From the NCBI RefSeq assembly GCF_003018255.1, contig NZ_CP027440.1: a stretch of DNA of 64,000 nt; one strand, 5' to 3'. Made by a program: the position numbers and the translations under genes. Origin of the DNA: Escherichia coli (lineage in GTDB: Bacteria > Pseudomonadota > Gammaproteobacteria > Enterobacterales > Enterobacteriaceae). Of this stretch, positions 1 through 11,819 are shown one piece after another. The notes beneath the pieces are model-generated. The model searched no databases, was not told the origin of the DNA, and saw only the letters and a list, made by a program, of their open reading frames with translations. The first letter of the stretch is position 1; each line of letters starts with the position of its first letter.

Positions 1-735
1 TACACCATTGGTCGTGCGATGAGCGATCTGCAAACGCCAGAGTGGGTCGGGGCCGACTGTGCTCGCCGCACTTTATCGCGTCTGTCACCGCGTAAACTCT
101 CCACCATGAAAGCGCCGGTCATTTTTGCCAATGAAGTGGCAACCGGGCTTTTTGGGCATCTGGTTGGGGCGATAGCGGGTGGATCGGTTTACCGTAAATC
201 TACCTTCCTGCTGGATTCGCTGGGTAAACAAATTCTGCCGGACTGGCTGACCATTGAAGAGCATCCGCATCTGCTGAAAGGGCTGGCCTCTACGCCATTC
301 GACAGCGAAGGTGTGCGCACCGAGCGTCGCGATATTATTAAAGATGGCATCCTGACTCAGTGGCTGCTGACCAGCTATTCGGCGCGGAAACTGGGGCTGA
401 AAAGCACCGGACATGCGGGCGGTATTCACAACTGGCGGATTGCCGGACAAGGGCTAAGCTTCGAACAAATGCTCAAAGAGATGGGCACCGGGCTGGTGGT
501 GACGGAGCTGATGGGCCAGGGCGTGAGTGCCATTACCGGTGATTATTCCCGTGGTGCAGCGGGCTTCTGGGTAGAGAATGGCGAAATTCAGTATCCGGTT
601 AGCGAAATCACCATCGCAGGTAATTTAAAAGATATGTGGCGCAATATTGTCACCGTCGGTAACGATATTGAAACACGCAGTAATATACAGTGTGGTTCTG
701 TGCTGTTGCCGGAGATGAAAATCGCCGGGCAGTAA
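1..735 (+). CDS. pmbA: Metalloprotease PmbA/TldE, C-terminal part (5' end lies upstream of window)
   Basis: Open frame from position 1; translation recognised as PmbA C-terminus; K-12 synteny with cybC/nrdDG. Confidence 0.88.
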
Positions 736-914
736 AAAACTGGCGCGACCTGCCGCGCTATAAACTAAAAAATTACACAAAATCATTCGCACTGCATCGA
801 GACGGAAAGTGAATGAGGACCGGGGAGCGTACTCGCAGTACGTGACTCGGGCGAATGAGCGTAGCCGTCGATGAGGCAGTGTGAAGGATGAAGTGTAAAT
901 AAAAAAGGAAGTGA

Positions 915-1304
<390 letters not shown>

Positions 1305-1348
1305 TTCCTTATTTCCCTGTTGCCTGCACTCAGGTAACAGGGAACTTA

Positions 1349-1813
1349 TCATCGCAAATGATGCACCACCTGATTGCTGCTGCCGCGCCAGATCAGGGAA
1401 GGGTCTTTTAAATCCTGCACAAATTTGCCGTCGACCAGCACGTTAATCAAATCAACAACCTGCATTTGCGCAGCGTTGAGTTCGTCGAGTTTATAGCCTG
1501 TCCACACCCAGATGTCTTTACCCGGACATTCGGCGCGGATGCGTTGTACCAGTTTCAGAATATCCGGCACGTTTTGCGGATGCAGCGGATCGCCGCCGGA
1601 GAGGGAAATACCCTGGCGTTTGATGCGAGTGTCATTCAGATCGTTAATGATCTGGTCTTCCATTGCTTTGGTAAATGGCTGACCGGAATTTACCCGCCAG
1701 GTGCTTTTGTTATAGCAACCGGGGCATTCATGAACACACCCGGAGACAAACAGGGTGCAGCGAGTGCCGGGGCCGTTGACGATGTCGACAGGATAGTACT
1801 GATGATAATTCAT
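1349..1813 (-). CDS. nrdG: Anaerobic ribonucleotide reductase activating protein (radical SAM)
   Basis: 154 aa, CxxxCxxC motif region (CVHECPGCYN), directly downstream of nrdD. Confidence 0.93.
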   Translation of the reverse strand: MNYHQYYPVDIVNGPGTRCTLFVSGCVHECPGCYNKSTWRVNSGQPFTKAMEDQIINDLNDTRIKRQGISLSGGDPLHPQNVPDILKLVQRIRAECPGKDIWVWTGYKLDELNAAQMQVVDLINVLVDGKFVQDLKDPSLIWRGSSNQVVHHLR

Positions 1814-1860
1814 TATTTCGCCTGGCTTATCAGTCCGCGTGTAGGCTGCATCCAGTAATC

Positions 1861-1955
<95 letters not shown>

Positions 1956-1970
1956 AACGCAGAGTGAAGA

Positions 1971-4109
1971 TTAACCTATCTGCCCATTCCCCAAATGTTT
2001 AACGCGGCGCTTAACTTCTTCCTGCTTACCGGCGTTAAATGGACGTGCATCCGGGCTACCTAAATATCCGCACACGCGGCGAGTCACCGACACACGGGAG
2101 GCGTCATGGTTACCACATTTCGGACAAGTGAAGCCTTTGCTGGTGCACTCGAACTCACCGGTAAAGCCACACTCGTAGCACTCATCGATCGGCGTATTGG
2201 TGCCGTAATACGGTACATGCTGATAGCTGTAATCCCAGACATCTTCCAGCGCCTTCAGGTTGTGCTGAATGTTTGGATACTCGCCGTAGCAAATGAAACC
2301 ACCGTTCGCCAGCGGCGGGTAAGGCGCTTCAAAGTCGATCTTGTCATACGGGTTCACCTTTTTCTCCACATCAAGGTGGAAACTGTTGGTGTAGTAACCT
2401 TTATCGGTCACGCCCGGCACCACGCCAAACTCAGCGGTATCGAGACGGCAGAAGCGGTCGCACAGGTTTTCACTTGGCGTGCTGTAGAGACTGAAACCAT
2501 AACCCGTTTCTTCTTTCCACTGATCCACCGCCTGACGCAGACGCTCAACAATCGCAATACCTTTCGCGCGCAGCTGCTCGTTGTCGTAAACATGCTCGCC
2601 GCCGAACAGCGCGTTAATGGTTTCGTGGATGCCGATGTAACCCAGCGAAATAGACGCACGACCGTTTTTGAAGATTTCAGAAACGTCGTCGTCAGCATTC
2701 AGACGCACGCCACAAGCACCTTCCATATAGAGGATCGGGGCCACGCGCGCTTTCACGCCTTCGAGACGAGCGATACGGGTCATCAACGCCTTACGTGCCA
2801 GCACCAGACGTTCATCCAGCAGCTTCCAGAAGGTGGCTTCATCGCCTTTTGCCTCCAGAGCAATACGCGGCAGGTTCAGGCTGATCACGCCGAGGTTGTT
2901 ACGACCATCGTGGATCTGCTCGCCGTTTTCATTTTCCCACACGCCGAGGAAGCTGCGGCAGCCCATCGGGGTTTTAAACGAACCGGTGACTTTCACTACC
3001 TGATCGTAGTTCAGGATATCCGGATACATGCGCTTGCTTGCGCACTCCAGCGCCAGCTGTTTGATGTCGTAGTTCGGATCGCCTTTTTTATGGTTCAGGC
3101 CATCGCGAATCGCAAACACCAGTTTCGGGAACACCGCCGTTTTACGGTTTTTACCGAGGCCGGCGATACGGTTACGCAGGATAGATTCCTGAATCAGGCG
3201 CGACTCCCAGCTGGTGCCCAGACCAAAACCAAAGGTTACAAACGGCGTTTGACCGTTGGCGGTGTGCAGGGTGTTTACTTCGTACTCCAGCGACTGGAAG
3301 GCATCGTAGCACTCTTTGATGGTACGAGAGTTAGCGTAGCCTTCGGCGTCCGGGATGTTCCACTCTTCTGCGGTCTTGCGATGTTTGTTGTAGCTGGCGG
3401 TGACAAACGGTGCCAGCACTTCATCGATACGGTTAATGGTGGTGCCGCCATAAATATGGCTGGCGACCTGGGCAATAATCTGCGCAGTTACCGCGGTTGC
3501 CGTAGAGATCGACTTCGGCGGTTCAATCTCGGCGTTCCCCATTTTAAAGCCCTGGGTCAGCATGCCTTTCAGGTCGATCAACATGCAGTTGAACATCGGG
3601 AAGAACGGTGAGTAATCGAGATCGTGATAGTGAATATCACCACGTTCATGTGCCTGCACCACGTCACGCGGCAGCAGGTGCTGGCGTGCATAGTGTTTAG
3701 CCACAATCCCGGCCAGCAGGTCGCGCTGGGTTGGAATCACCTTGCTGTCTTTGTTGGCGTTTTCGTTGAGCAACGAGGCGTTGGTCTGCTCAACCAGACC
3801 ACGGATCTCCTGATTCAGGCGACCGCGTTTTTCACGTTCAATGTCGCGATCGTGACGGTACTCGATGTAAGCACGAGCCAGTTGTTTGTATGGACCCGAC
3901 ATAAGCTGGTTTTCAACGGCGGTCTGGATCTCGTTGATATCCACCTGGCTGCGGCCCTGCATCTGCTCGCTGACAACCGCGGCAACAGTGGCGCAATAAT
4001 CTGCATCATCGACTTCCGCTGCTTTAGCTGCACGCAGAATCGCTTCTTTGATGCGCTCTGATTTAAACGGCACTTTGCAGCCGTCTCGTTTCATCACATG
4101 CGGTGTCAT
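1971..4109 (-). CDS. nrdD: Anaerobic ribonucleoside-triphosphate reductase
   Basis: 712-aa product, C-terminal glycyl-radical region and Zn-ribbon cysteines; recognised sequence. Confidence 0.95.
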   Translation of the reverse strand: MTPHVMKRDGCKVPFKSERIKEAILRAAKAAEVDDADYCATVAAVVSEQMQGRSQVDINEIQTAVENQLMSGPYKQLARAYIEYRHDRDIEREKRGRLNQEIRGLVEQTNASLLNENANKDSKVIPTQRDLLAGIVAKHYARQHLLPRDVVQAHERGDIHYHDLDYSPFFPMFNCMLIDLKGMLTQGFKMGNAEIEPPKSISTATAVTAQIIAQVASHIYGGTTINRIDEVLAPFVTASYNKHRKTAEEWNIPDAEGYANSRTIKECYDAFQSLEYEVNTLHTANGQTPFVTFGFGLGTSWESRLIQESILRNRIAGLGKNRKTAVFPKLVFAIRDGLNHKKGDPNYDIKQLALECASKRMYPDILNYDQVVKVTGSFKTPMGCRSFLGVWENENGEQIHDGRNNLGVISLNLPRIALEAKGDEATFWKLLDERLVLARKALMTRIARLEGVKARVAPILYMEGACGVRLNADDDVSEIFKNGRASISLGYIGIHETINALFGGEHVYDNEQLRAKGIAIVERLRQAVDQWKEETGYGFSLYSTPSENLCDRFCRLDTAEFGVVPGVTDKGYYTNSFHLDVEKKVNPYDKIDFEAPYPPLANGGFICYGEYPNIQHNLKALEDVWDYSYQHVPYYGTNTPIDECYECGFTGEFECTSKGFTCPKCGNHDASRVSVTRRVCGYLGSPDARPFNAGKQEEVKRRVKHLGNGQIG

Positions 4110-4493
4110 GATCGCTCCATATTTTTAAGAACAGGTTATCCACAGAAATTGGGAAAGGTGTTTTCCGGTTTTTTCGTTTCGTTTTCCGGCGCTTTCCGCA
4201 ATCGCCATCCGCTTATCCACAACGCCGCACCTTTTTCGTGGGGAGTTGTAGTAGCAATTATAGTCGATTAATACAACATATTGGGTCGGGACGCATTTTA
4301 AAGTCTATATATAGTGCTTTGCATCAAGGATGTTTGAACTTTTTTTGATGTAGCTCAAAGTAAAAAGCAGAGCGTACGGATGACGGGCGCTACAGCGTTA
4401 TGTAAATTTTTTAATGAATTTTTTGATTATAAAATCAACATGCTGAAAGGCAAAACCCCGGAATGACCAGTATTACCGGGGCTTAGCGGATAC

Positions 4494-6149
4494 TTACTTC
4501 TGTAACCACCAGACAGCCTCAAAAGGCCGTAAAGTCATGGCACAGGGTTGTGGTGAGGCTTCTTCGTAGTTATGCATCACAAGCTGCCAGTTGCCGAGCA
4601 TTTTCCCTGGCTGCCAGGGTTGGGTCTCACGGCTAAGGTTGGCAATGACCAGTAAGGTTTGCCCCTTCCACTCACGGCGATAGCACCACAATACAGGGCT
4701 GTTTGGCAGCAGATCCTGGTAATCGCCCCATGTCAGGACGGCTTCTTGCTTACGCAGTGCGATTAACTTTTGGTAGGTGTAAAACACCGAGGACTCATCG
4801 GCCAGCGCTGCTTCTACGTTGATTTCCTGATAGTTATCGCCCAGGCCAATCCACGGTTCGCCAGCCGTAAACCCGGCATTATCGCCGTTGCTCCATTGCA
4901 TGGGTGTGCGACTGTTGTCACGGGATTTACTGGCGAGGATTGCCAATAACTCGTCGGCATCACGACCATCGTTGCGCAGCTCGGCAAACATATTGAGGCT
5001 CTCCACGTCGCGATAGTCAGTAATGCGCGTGAAATGCGGGTTGGTCATGCCAATCTCTTCGCCCTGGTAGATATACGGCGTTCCCTGCATGCCATGCAGC
5101 ACCATCGCCAGCATTTTTGCCGCAGGCACGCGGTATTCACCTTCATCACCAAAGCGAGAAACAATGCGCGGCTGATCGTGGTTACACCAGAACAAGGCAT
5201 TCCATGCCACGTTGTGCATTCCTTGTTGCCAGTGGCGGAACAATGTTTTCAACGCCACAAAGTCAGGTTTAGCCAGCGTCCATTTTTCACCACTGGGATA
5301 ATCGACTTTCAGGTGATGAAAATTAAAGGTCATCGACAATTCACTGCCTGTCAGTGTCGCATATCGCTGGCAATGCTCAAGGCTGGTGGAGGACATTTCA
5401 CCTACGGTCATTAACCTGCGTGGCGTAAACACATCGCGGTTCATCTCGTGCAAAAACTCGTGTGCTCGTGGCCCGTCGGTGTAGAAGCGACGCCCGTCGC
5501 CATCCAGGTCATCAGGGAAACGCGGGTCTTTGGAGATCAGATTCACCACATCCAGGCGCAACCCGTCGACCCCACGATCGGCCCAGAACTCACAGACTTT
5601 TTTCAGCTCTGCGCGTACCGCTGGATTCTCCCAGTTGAGATCCGCCTGTTCTGGTGCAAAGAGATGCAAATAGTACTGTTCGCTTTCCGCATGCCAGCGC
5701 CACGCACTACCGCCAAATTTTGAACGCCAGTTGTTCGGTGGCGTTTCTGATTCTCCATCGCGCCAGATATAAAACTGGCGGTAAGGGCTTGCTTTGTTCA
5801 GCGCCTCGCGAAACCAGGCATGTTGGGTAGAGGTATGGTTAAACACCATATCGAGAATGATACGAATCCCGCGCGATTTTGCCTGTGTCACCAGTTCGTC
5901 AAAATCGTCCAGCGTGCCGTAGGTGGGATCAATAGCCGTATAGTTCGCTACGTCGTAACCGTTATCAACCTGGGGAGAGACATAAAAGGGGGTTAGCCAG
6001 ATGGCATCAACGCCCAGTTTATGCAGATAGTCCAGGCGCTGGATAACGCCACGTAAATCGCCGGTGCCGCTACCCGTGGTGTCCTGAAAACTCTTTGGAT
6101 AAATCTGGTAGATAACGCCGTTTTGCCACCAGTGGGGAAGATTAGTCAT
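4494..6149 (-). CDS. treC: Trehalose-6-phosphate hydrolase
   Basis: ORF trimmed to internal ATG giving MTNLPHWWQNGVIYQ N-terminus (551 aa); GH13 motifs. Confidence 0.93.
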   Translation of the reverse strand: MTNLPHWWQNGVIYQIYPKSFQDTTGSGTGDLRGVIQRLDYLHKLGVDAIWLTPFYVSPQVDNGYDVANYTAIDPTYGTLDDFDELVTQAKSRGIRIILDMVFNHTSTQHAWFREALNKASPYRQFYIWRDGESETPPNNWRSKFGGSAWRWHAESEQYYLHLFAPEQADLNWENPAVRAELKKVCEFWADRGVDGLRLDVVNLISKDPRFPDDLDGDGRRFYTDGPRAHEFLHEMNRDVFTPRRLMTVGEMSSTSLEHCQRYATLTGSELSMTFNFHHLKVDYPSGEKWTLAKPDFVALKTLFRHWQQGMHNVAWNALFWCNHDQPRIVSRFGDEGEYRVPAAKMLAMVLHGMQGTPYIYQGEEIGMTNPHFTRITDYRDVESLNMFAELRNDGRDADELLAILASKSRDNSRTPMQWSNGDNAGFTAGEPWIGLGDNYQEINVEAALADESSVFYTYQKLIALRKQEAVLTWGDYQDLLPNSPVLWCYRREWKGQTLLVIANLSRETQPWQPGKMLGNWQLVMHNYEEASPQPCAMTLRPFEAVWWLQK

Positions 6150-6198
6150 TACGTTATTCCTGCAAATGCGAGGGGGCGCAATTGCGCCCCGAAGAAAA

Positions 6199-7620
6199 TT
6201 AAACAATGTCCAGCGTGCCCAGGCGGTATTTCCGCTGATAGATAAACGAGGTGAGTACAATCGGGATGATGATGGCGATAGCCATTGCCAGCGCAAACAC
6301 CTGCCAGTAGCTCGGTTGAATCGAGAGAATTCCCGGCAGGCCGCCTACGCCGATGCCATTCGCCATAACGCCGTTCAGGCCGCATAGCAATCCTGCCAGA
6401 CCAGAACCAATCATCGCGCACAGCATCGGGAAGCGATATTTCAGGTTGATGCCGTACATAGCAGGCTCAGTGACTCCAAGCCAGGCGGAGATAGCGGCAG
6501 GCACGGAGATCTCGCGTTCATTGTGCTTGCGGCTGGAAATGATAATGCCTATCACGGCGGAACCCTGAGCGATATTCGACAGCGCAATCAGCGGCCACAC
6601 TGGCGTACCACCCATGCTTTGAATCATCTGCAAATCAATAGCAAGCGTGGTCTGATGTACGCCGGTGATCACCAGCGGGGCGTACAGGAAGCCAAACAAT
6701 GCCGCGCCAATCGGAGCAAAGCTGCCGGTCATCAGGTGACGTACCGCAAAGGCAACGCCATCGCCAATCATGCGACCAAACGGACCAATCAGCGCATGGG
6801 CGAGGAACACCGCGAGGATCAGCGAACAAACGGGCACCACCACCAGATAGAGGTAATCCGGCACGATGCGCTTAAGACGAGTTTCAATAACGCCCAGCGC
6901 CAGCCCGGCTAACAGTGCCGGGATCACCTGCGCCTGATAGCCCACTTTGGCGATGCTGAACATGCCAAAGTCCCACACTTCCGGCAGCTGCTGCCCGAGC
7001 AGATAAGCGTTCATCAGCTGTGGAGAAACCAGCGTTACGCCAAGCACGATACCAAGGATCGGCGTGCCGCCCATTTTTTTCACCGCTGACCAGCAAATCC
7101 CGACCGGCAGGTAGAAGAAGATCGCTTCACCGATCAACCACAGAAAATCGTAGATCGTTTGCAGGGAAGGGTACATTTGCGCCAGCGTTTGACCGTTGCT
7201 CATGGGCAAATCGCCGATCACATTGCGAAAACCGAGGATCAAACCGCCGCTAATCAACGCGGGCAGCAACGGGAAGAAAATCTCCGCGAAATGAGAGATC
7301 AACTGCTCATGCCATTTCATATTCTGCCGGGCGGCTTTTTTTACCTGCTCTTTATCAACCTGCGCCTGTCCGGTTGACGCTATCAGTGCTTGATAGTAAT
7401 CACCCACGTTGGTGCCAATCACCACCTGAAATTGCCCGGCATTGGTGAAACAGCCTTTCACCATGGGGAGTTGCTCAATTTCTTTCGGTCTGGCATTGGC
7501 CGGTTGGTTGAGGACAAAGCGCAGACGAGTAATACAGTGGCTCACCGTCGCAATATTGCCGCGCCCGCCGACCAGTTCAATCAACCGATCGATATCCGTT
7601 TGGTTTATTTTGCTCATCAT
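6199..7620 (-). CDS. treB: PTS trehalose-specific EIIBC component
   Basis: 473 aa membrane protein, PTS EIIB cysteine motif region; tre operon synteny. Confidence 0.93.
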   Translation of the reverse strand: MMSKINQTDIDRLIELVGGRGNIATVSHCITRLRFVLNQPANARPKEIEQLPMVKGCFTNAGQFQVVIGTNVGDYYQALIASTGQAQVDKEQVKKAARQNMKWHEQLISHFAEIFFPLLPALISGGLILGFRNVIGDLPMSNGQTLAQMYPSLQTIYDFLWLIGEAIFFYLPVGICWSAVKKMGGTPILGIVLGVTLVSPQLMNAYLLGQQLPEVWDFGMFSIAKVGYQAQVIPALLAGLALGVIETRLKRIVPDYLYLVVVPVCSLILAVFLAHALIGPFGRMIGDGVAFAVRHLMTGSFAPIGAALFGFLYAPLVITGVHQTTLAIDLQMIQSMGGTPVWPLIALSNIAQGSAVIGIIISSRKHNEREISVPAAISAWLGVTEPAMYGINLKYRFPMLCAMIGSGLAGLLCGLNGVMANGIGVGGLPGILSIQPSYWQVFALAMAIAIIIPIVLTSFIYQRKYRLGTLDIV

Positions 7621-7739
7621 AAAGCCCCATGGCAGATGACATTTTTGGTTGGCTGCAGAATATATTGCGCTGAAAAATTTAAAAAACGGGAACGTTCCCG
7701 AAACGCAGCGAAGATCACAATTTATCGTTCAGGAAACGA

Positions 7740-8687
7740 TCAGGACAGGGTGGCGGGAATGATGATTTGTTGCGGTTCGCTGCGCCCGGTTACCTGCGCG
7801 ATCAACTGGCAGGCCGCCTGGCGTCCAGCTTCGGCGTAACCGGGATCTACGGTGACGATCTCCGGATGGAGGAATTTCATTAACGGCGTATTACCGACGC
7901 TCGCCAGTTGCAAGGTGTCGATGCGTTGCTCTTGCAGGTATTTACTTGCGCCAAGTGCCAGCGTGTCGGTTGCGCACAGTAACGCGGTAGTTTCAGGCGT
8001 AATCACTTTTGCTACGTTCTCATAGCCTTGCTTCATAGCAAGCCCTGGCAGAGCGGCAACGGGATGCAATTTATGCGCTTTGCAGAACGCCAGGTAGGCT
8101 TCGTGACGTCGCTTACCGGTCGTCACGTCACTGTGCGGCACGCCGAGATAACTGATATTACGATGTCCCTGGTCATACAGCCGTTGCATCAGGATCTTGA
8201 TTGCCCCTTCGTCGTCATAACAGACCGAAGCAAAGCCTTTTGCGTCACGCGCCAGCAGAACCAGCGATGACTGCCAGTGGGCTAACATTTCTTCTGTTAT
8301 GCCGGTAAAACCGAACAGCACTACGCCGTCGATATTACGCCGTTTCAGCACCCCCAAATGTTCGGCAACTAATTGTGGGGAAAACTGACTTTCCATCATG
8401 ATTGGATCGTAACCTTGTTCATAGAACGCTGGCAGCATGGTTTGAACGGCGAGATTTTCTGACAACGAATCCAGACGGGTAACAATGATGGCGACCACTT
8501 TATCGCTTTGCCCACGCATAGCGCGCGCAGAGCGGGAAGGGGAAAATCCATGCTGATTCATCACTGCTTCAACACGCTCGCGCGTGCGCTGGCTCACGCC
8601 GCTTTCGTTATTCAGCACCCGGGAAACCGTAGATTTCCCCACGCCGCTTAAGCGCGCGATGTCTTTGATGGTCAGCCGATTTTGCAT
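7740..8687 (-). CDS. treR: Trehalose operon repressor (LacI family)
   Basis: 315 aa, N-terminal LacI-type HTH (TIKDIARLSGVGKSTVSRVLNN). Confidence 0.93.
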   Translation of the reverse strand: MQNRLTIKDIARLSGVGKSTVSRVLNNESGVSQRTRERVEAVMNQHGFSPSRSARAMRGQSDKVVAIIVTRLDSLSENLAVQTMLPAFYEQGYDPIMMESQFSPQLVAEHLGVLKRRNIDGVVLFGFTGITEEMLAHWQSSLVLLARDAKGFASVCYDDEGAIKILMQRLYDQGHRNISYLGVPHSDVTTGKRRHEAYLAFCKAHKLHPVAALPGLAMKQGYENVAKVITPETTALLCATDTLALGASKYLQEQRIDTLQLASVGNTPLMKFLHPEIVTVDPGYAEAGRQAACQLIAQVTGRSEPQQIIIPATLS

Positions 8688-8759
8688 CCTGTTGTCCCAT
8701 AACGTGTTGTTTAATTATTTGAGCCTAACTTTACCTGTGCATTCAGCAATGGGTAAAGT

Positions 8760-9065
8760 CTGGTTTATCGTTGGTTTAGTTGCCAGCAGGTATTATATCG
8801 CCATAAATGCTACGAATATTATTGGATTCTCCTTATTATTTGCGGCGCTTTTTTCACTTACCGGAGGTTATATGGAACCTGATCCCACGCCTCTCCCTCG
8901 ACGGAGATTAAAACTTTTCCGGTAAGCCCGTCTTTTCACGGCGTTACCGGATGCGTAAGGCCGTGACGTTTTAACGTCCCTGCTCAGCTTTATTACCTTC
9001 AGGTAAGGCTTCGCCACGCCTGAAGACATTTCTGTACTGTTTCAGACAGTGCGGAGGGACTCCTT
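8760..9065 (+). promoter_or_regulatory. mgtA 5' leader region (Mg2+/proline-responsive leader containing mgtL)
   Basis: Long untranslated region between treR and mgtA containing the Pro-rich mgtL mini-ORF; established K-12 regulation. Confidence 0.6.
8872..8925 (+). CDS. mgtL: mgtA leader peptide ([17 protein letters not shown])
   Basis: 17-codon proline-rich ORF at 8872-8925 upstream of mgtA. Confidence 0.7.
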
Positions 9066-11762
9066 ATGTTTAAAGAAATTTTTACCCGGTTCATTCGCCA
9101 TTTACCTTCCCGTCTGGTTCATCGCGATCCATTGCCTGGCGCGCAGCAGACAGTGAATACGGCGGTCCCGCCGTCCTTAAGTGCGCATTGCCTGAAAATG
9201 GCGGTGATGCCCGAAGAAGAATTGTGGAAAACGTTCGACACCCATCCGGAAGGATTAAATCAGGCGGAAGTGGAATCTGCCCGCGAACAACATGGTGAAA
9301 ATAAATTACCCGCACAACAACCGTCGCCGTGGTGGGTTCATTTATGGGTCTGCTATCGCAACCCCTTTAATATTTTACTCACCATTCTCGGCGCTATTTC
9401 TTACGCCACGGAAGATTTATTTGCCGCGGGCGTTATCGCGCTAATGGTCGCTATTTCTACGTTGCTGAACTTTATTCAGGAAGCACGTTCCACTAAAGCG
9501 GCAGATGCCCTGAAAGCGATGGTCAGCAATACTGCGACGGTGCTGCGCGTAATTAACGACAAAGGCGAAAATGGCTGGCTGGAGATCCCGATCGACCAAC
9601 TGGTGCCCGGCGATATTATAAAACTGGCGGCAGGGGATATGATCCCGGCAGATTTACGTATCTTGCAGGCGCGGGATCTGTTCGTCGCTCAGGCGTCGTT
9701 AACCGGTGAGTCTCTGCCCGTGGAAAAAGCCGCTACTACTCGCCAGCCGGAGCACAGCAATCCGCTGGAGTGCGACACCCTGTGTTTTATGGGCACCACC
9801 GTGGTGAGCGGTACGGCACAAGCAATGGTGATTGCCACAGGGGCCAATACCTGGTTTGGTCAACTGGCGGGGCGTGTTAGTGAGCAGGAAAGCGAGCCGA
9901 ATGCCTTTCAGCAAGGGATTAGCCGCGTCAGTATGCTGCTGATTCGCTTTATGCTGGTGATGGCTCCGGTGGTGTTGCTTATCAACGGTTACACCAAAGG
10001 CGACTGGTGGGAAGCGGCACTGTTTGCGCTTTCGGTCGCGGTAGGCTTAACGCCAGAAATGTTGCCGATGATTGTTACCTCGACGCTGGCGCGCGGCGCA
10101 GTAAAGCTGTCGAAACAGAAAGTGATCGTCAAACATCTGGATGCCATTCAGAACTTTGGCGCAATGGATATTCTGTGCACTGATAAAACCGGCACCCTGA
10201 CGCAGGACAAAATTGTGCTGGAGAATCATACCGATATCTCCGGTAAAACCAGCGAACGCGTGCTGCATAGCGCGTGGTTGAACAGTCATTACCAGACCGG
10301 ACTTAAAAACCTGCTTGATACCGCGGTGCTCGAAGGTACGGATGAAGAGTCAGCGCGTTCGCTGGCCAGCCGTTGGCAAAAAATTGATGAGATTCCGTTT
10401 GATTTCGAGCGTCGTCGGATGTCGGTGGTAGTGGCAGAAAATACCGAACACCATCAGCTGGTTTGCAAAGGTGCATTGCAGGAAATCCTCAATGTGTGTT
10501 CGCAGGTGCGTCACAATGGCGAGATTGTGCCGCTCGATGACATCATGCTGCGTAAGATTAAGCGGGTTACTGATACGCTGAATCGTCAGGGGCTGCGCGT
10601 GGTTGCGGTGGCGACGAAATACCTGCCAGCGCGTGAAGGAGATTACCAGCGGGCGGATGAATCCGACCTGATCCTCGAAGGATATATTGCTTTCCTTGAT
10701 CCGCCAAAAGAGACAACCGCTCCGGCACTGAAGGCATTAAAAGCGAGTGGAATTACCGTAAAAATCCTTACTGGCGACAGTGAGTTAGTTGCAGCGAAAG
10801 TGTGCCATGAAGTGGGGCTGGATGCGGGAGAGGTGGTCATTGGTAGTGATATTGAAACGCTATCTGACGATGAACTGGCAAATCTCGCACAGCGCACCAC
10901 GCTGTTTGCCCGCCTGACGCCGATGCATAAAGAACGCATTGTGACCTTACTGAAGCGCGAAGGGCATGTGGTTGGCTTTATGGGCGATGGTATTAATGAT
11001 GCGCCCGCCTTACGCGCTGCGGATATCGGCATTTCTGTGGACGGCGCGGTAGATATTGCCCGTGAAGCGGCTGATATCATCCTGCTGGAAAAAAGCCTGA
11101 TGGTGCTGGAAGAGGGGGTTATTGAGGGACGTCGCACTTTCGCCAACATGCTGAAATACATCAAAATGACGGCGAGTTCTAACTTCGGTAATGTGTTCAG
11201 CGTGCTGGTGGCGAGTGCTTTCTTGCCCTTCCTGCCGATGTTGCCGTTACACTTGCTTATTCAGAACTTGCTGTACGATGTGTCACAGGTGGCGATCCCG
11301 TTTGATAACGTCGACGACGAGCAAATTCAAAAGCCGCAGCGTTGGAATCCGGCGGATCTGGGGCGCTTTATGATCTTCTTCGGACCGATCAGCTCGATCT
11401 TCGATATTCTGACGTTTTGCCTGATGTGGTGGGTATTCCATGCCAACACGCCGGAAACGCAAACGCTGTTCCAGTCGGGCTGGTTTGTGGTGGGCTTACT
11501 GTCGCAAACGCTGATTGTGCATATGATCCGTACCCGTCGTGTACCGTTTATTCAGAGCTGTGCATCGTGGCCGTTAATGATCATGACCGTGATCGTGATG
11601 ATTGTCGGGATCGCATTGCCGTTTTCACCGCTGGCCAGTTATCTGCAGCTGCAGGCGCTGCCGTTAAGCTATTTCCCGTGGCTGGTTGCGATTCTGGCAG
11701 GGTATATGACGTTAACCCAGTTGGTGAAAGGGGTCTATAGCCGTCGTTACGGCTGGCAGTAA
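9066..11762 (+). CDS. mgtA: Mg2+-importing P-type ATPase
   Basis: 898 aa; DKTGTLT phosphorylation motif and GDGINDAPAL motif present. Confidence 0.95.
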   Translation: MFKEIFTRFIRHLPSRLVHRDPLPGAQQTVNTAVPPSLSAHCLKMAVMPEEELWKTFDTHPEGLNQAEVESAREQHGENKLPAQQPSPWWVHLWVCYRNPFNILLTILGAISYATEDLFAAGVIALMVAISTLLNFIQEARSTKAADALKAMVSNTATVLRVINDKGENGWLEIPIDQLVPGDIIKLAAGDMIPADLRILQARDLFVAQASLTGESLPVEKAATTRQPEHSNPLECDTLCFMGTTVVSGTAQAMVIATGANTWFGQLAGRVSEQESEPNAFQQGISRVSMLLIRFMLVMAPVVLLINGYTKGDWWEAALFALSVAVGLTPEMLPMIVTSTLARGAVKLSKQKVIVKHLDAIQNFGAMDILCTDKTGTLTQDKIVLENHTDISGKTSERVLHSAWLNSHYQTGLKNLLDTAVLEGTDEESARSLASRWQKIDEIPFDFERRRMSVVVAENTEHHQLVCKGALQEILNVCSQVRHNGEIVPLDDIMLRKIKRVTDTLNRQGLRVVAVATKYLPAREGDYQRADESDLILEGYIAFLDPPKETTAPALKALKASGITVKILTGDSELVAAKVCHEVGLDAGEVVIGSDIETLSDDELANLAQRTTLFARLTPMHKERIVTLLKREGHVVGFMGDGINDAPALRAADIGISVDGAVDIAREAADIILLEKSLMVLEEGVIEGRRTFANMLKYIKMTASSNFGNVFSVLVASAFLPFLPMLPLHLLIQNLLYDVSQVAIPFDNVDDEQIQKPQRWNPADLGRFMIFFGPISSIFDILTFCLMWWVFHANTPETQTLFQSGWFVVGLLSQTLIVHMIRTRRVPFIQSCASWPLMIMTVIVMIVGIALPFSPLASYLQLQALPLSYFPWLVAILAGYMTLTQLVKGVYSRRYGWQ

Positions 11763-11819
11763 AGAATAAACTGGGCATGGTGGCCCGGATTCAGATTGCA
11801 GACAAAGTGAGCTTTGTTC

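Noticed and set aside
1310-1345. Terminator between cybC and nrdG
   Set aside because: A 7-bp stem (ccctgtt/aacaggg) with a 16-nt loop and no flanking T-run; too weak to call
2106-3611. 501-aa ORF on plus strand
   Set aside because: Lies entirely antisense within nrdD, which has a recognisable conserved product; typical spurious antisense frame
4494-6296. ORF-track 5' extensions (treC 600 aa; also ahr, yjgR, bdcA, yjgH, holC, ridA, yjgN, tabA)
   Set aside because: Extensions upstream of the recognised N-termini lack ribosome-binding sites; internal ATG codons with SD sequences give the known protein lengths
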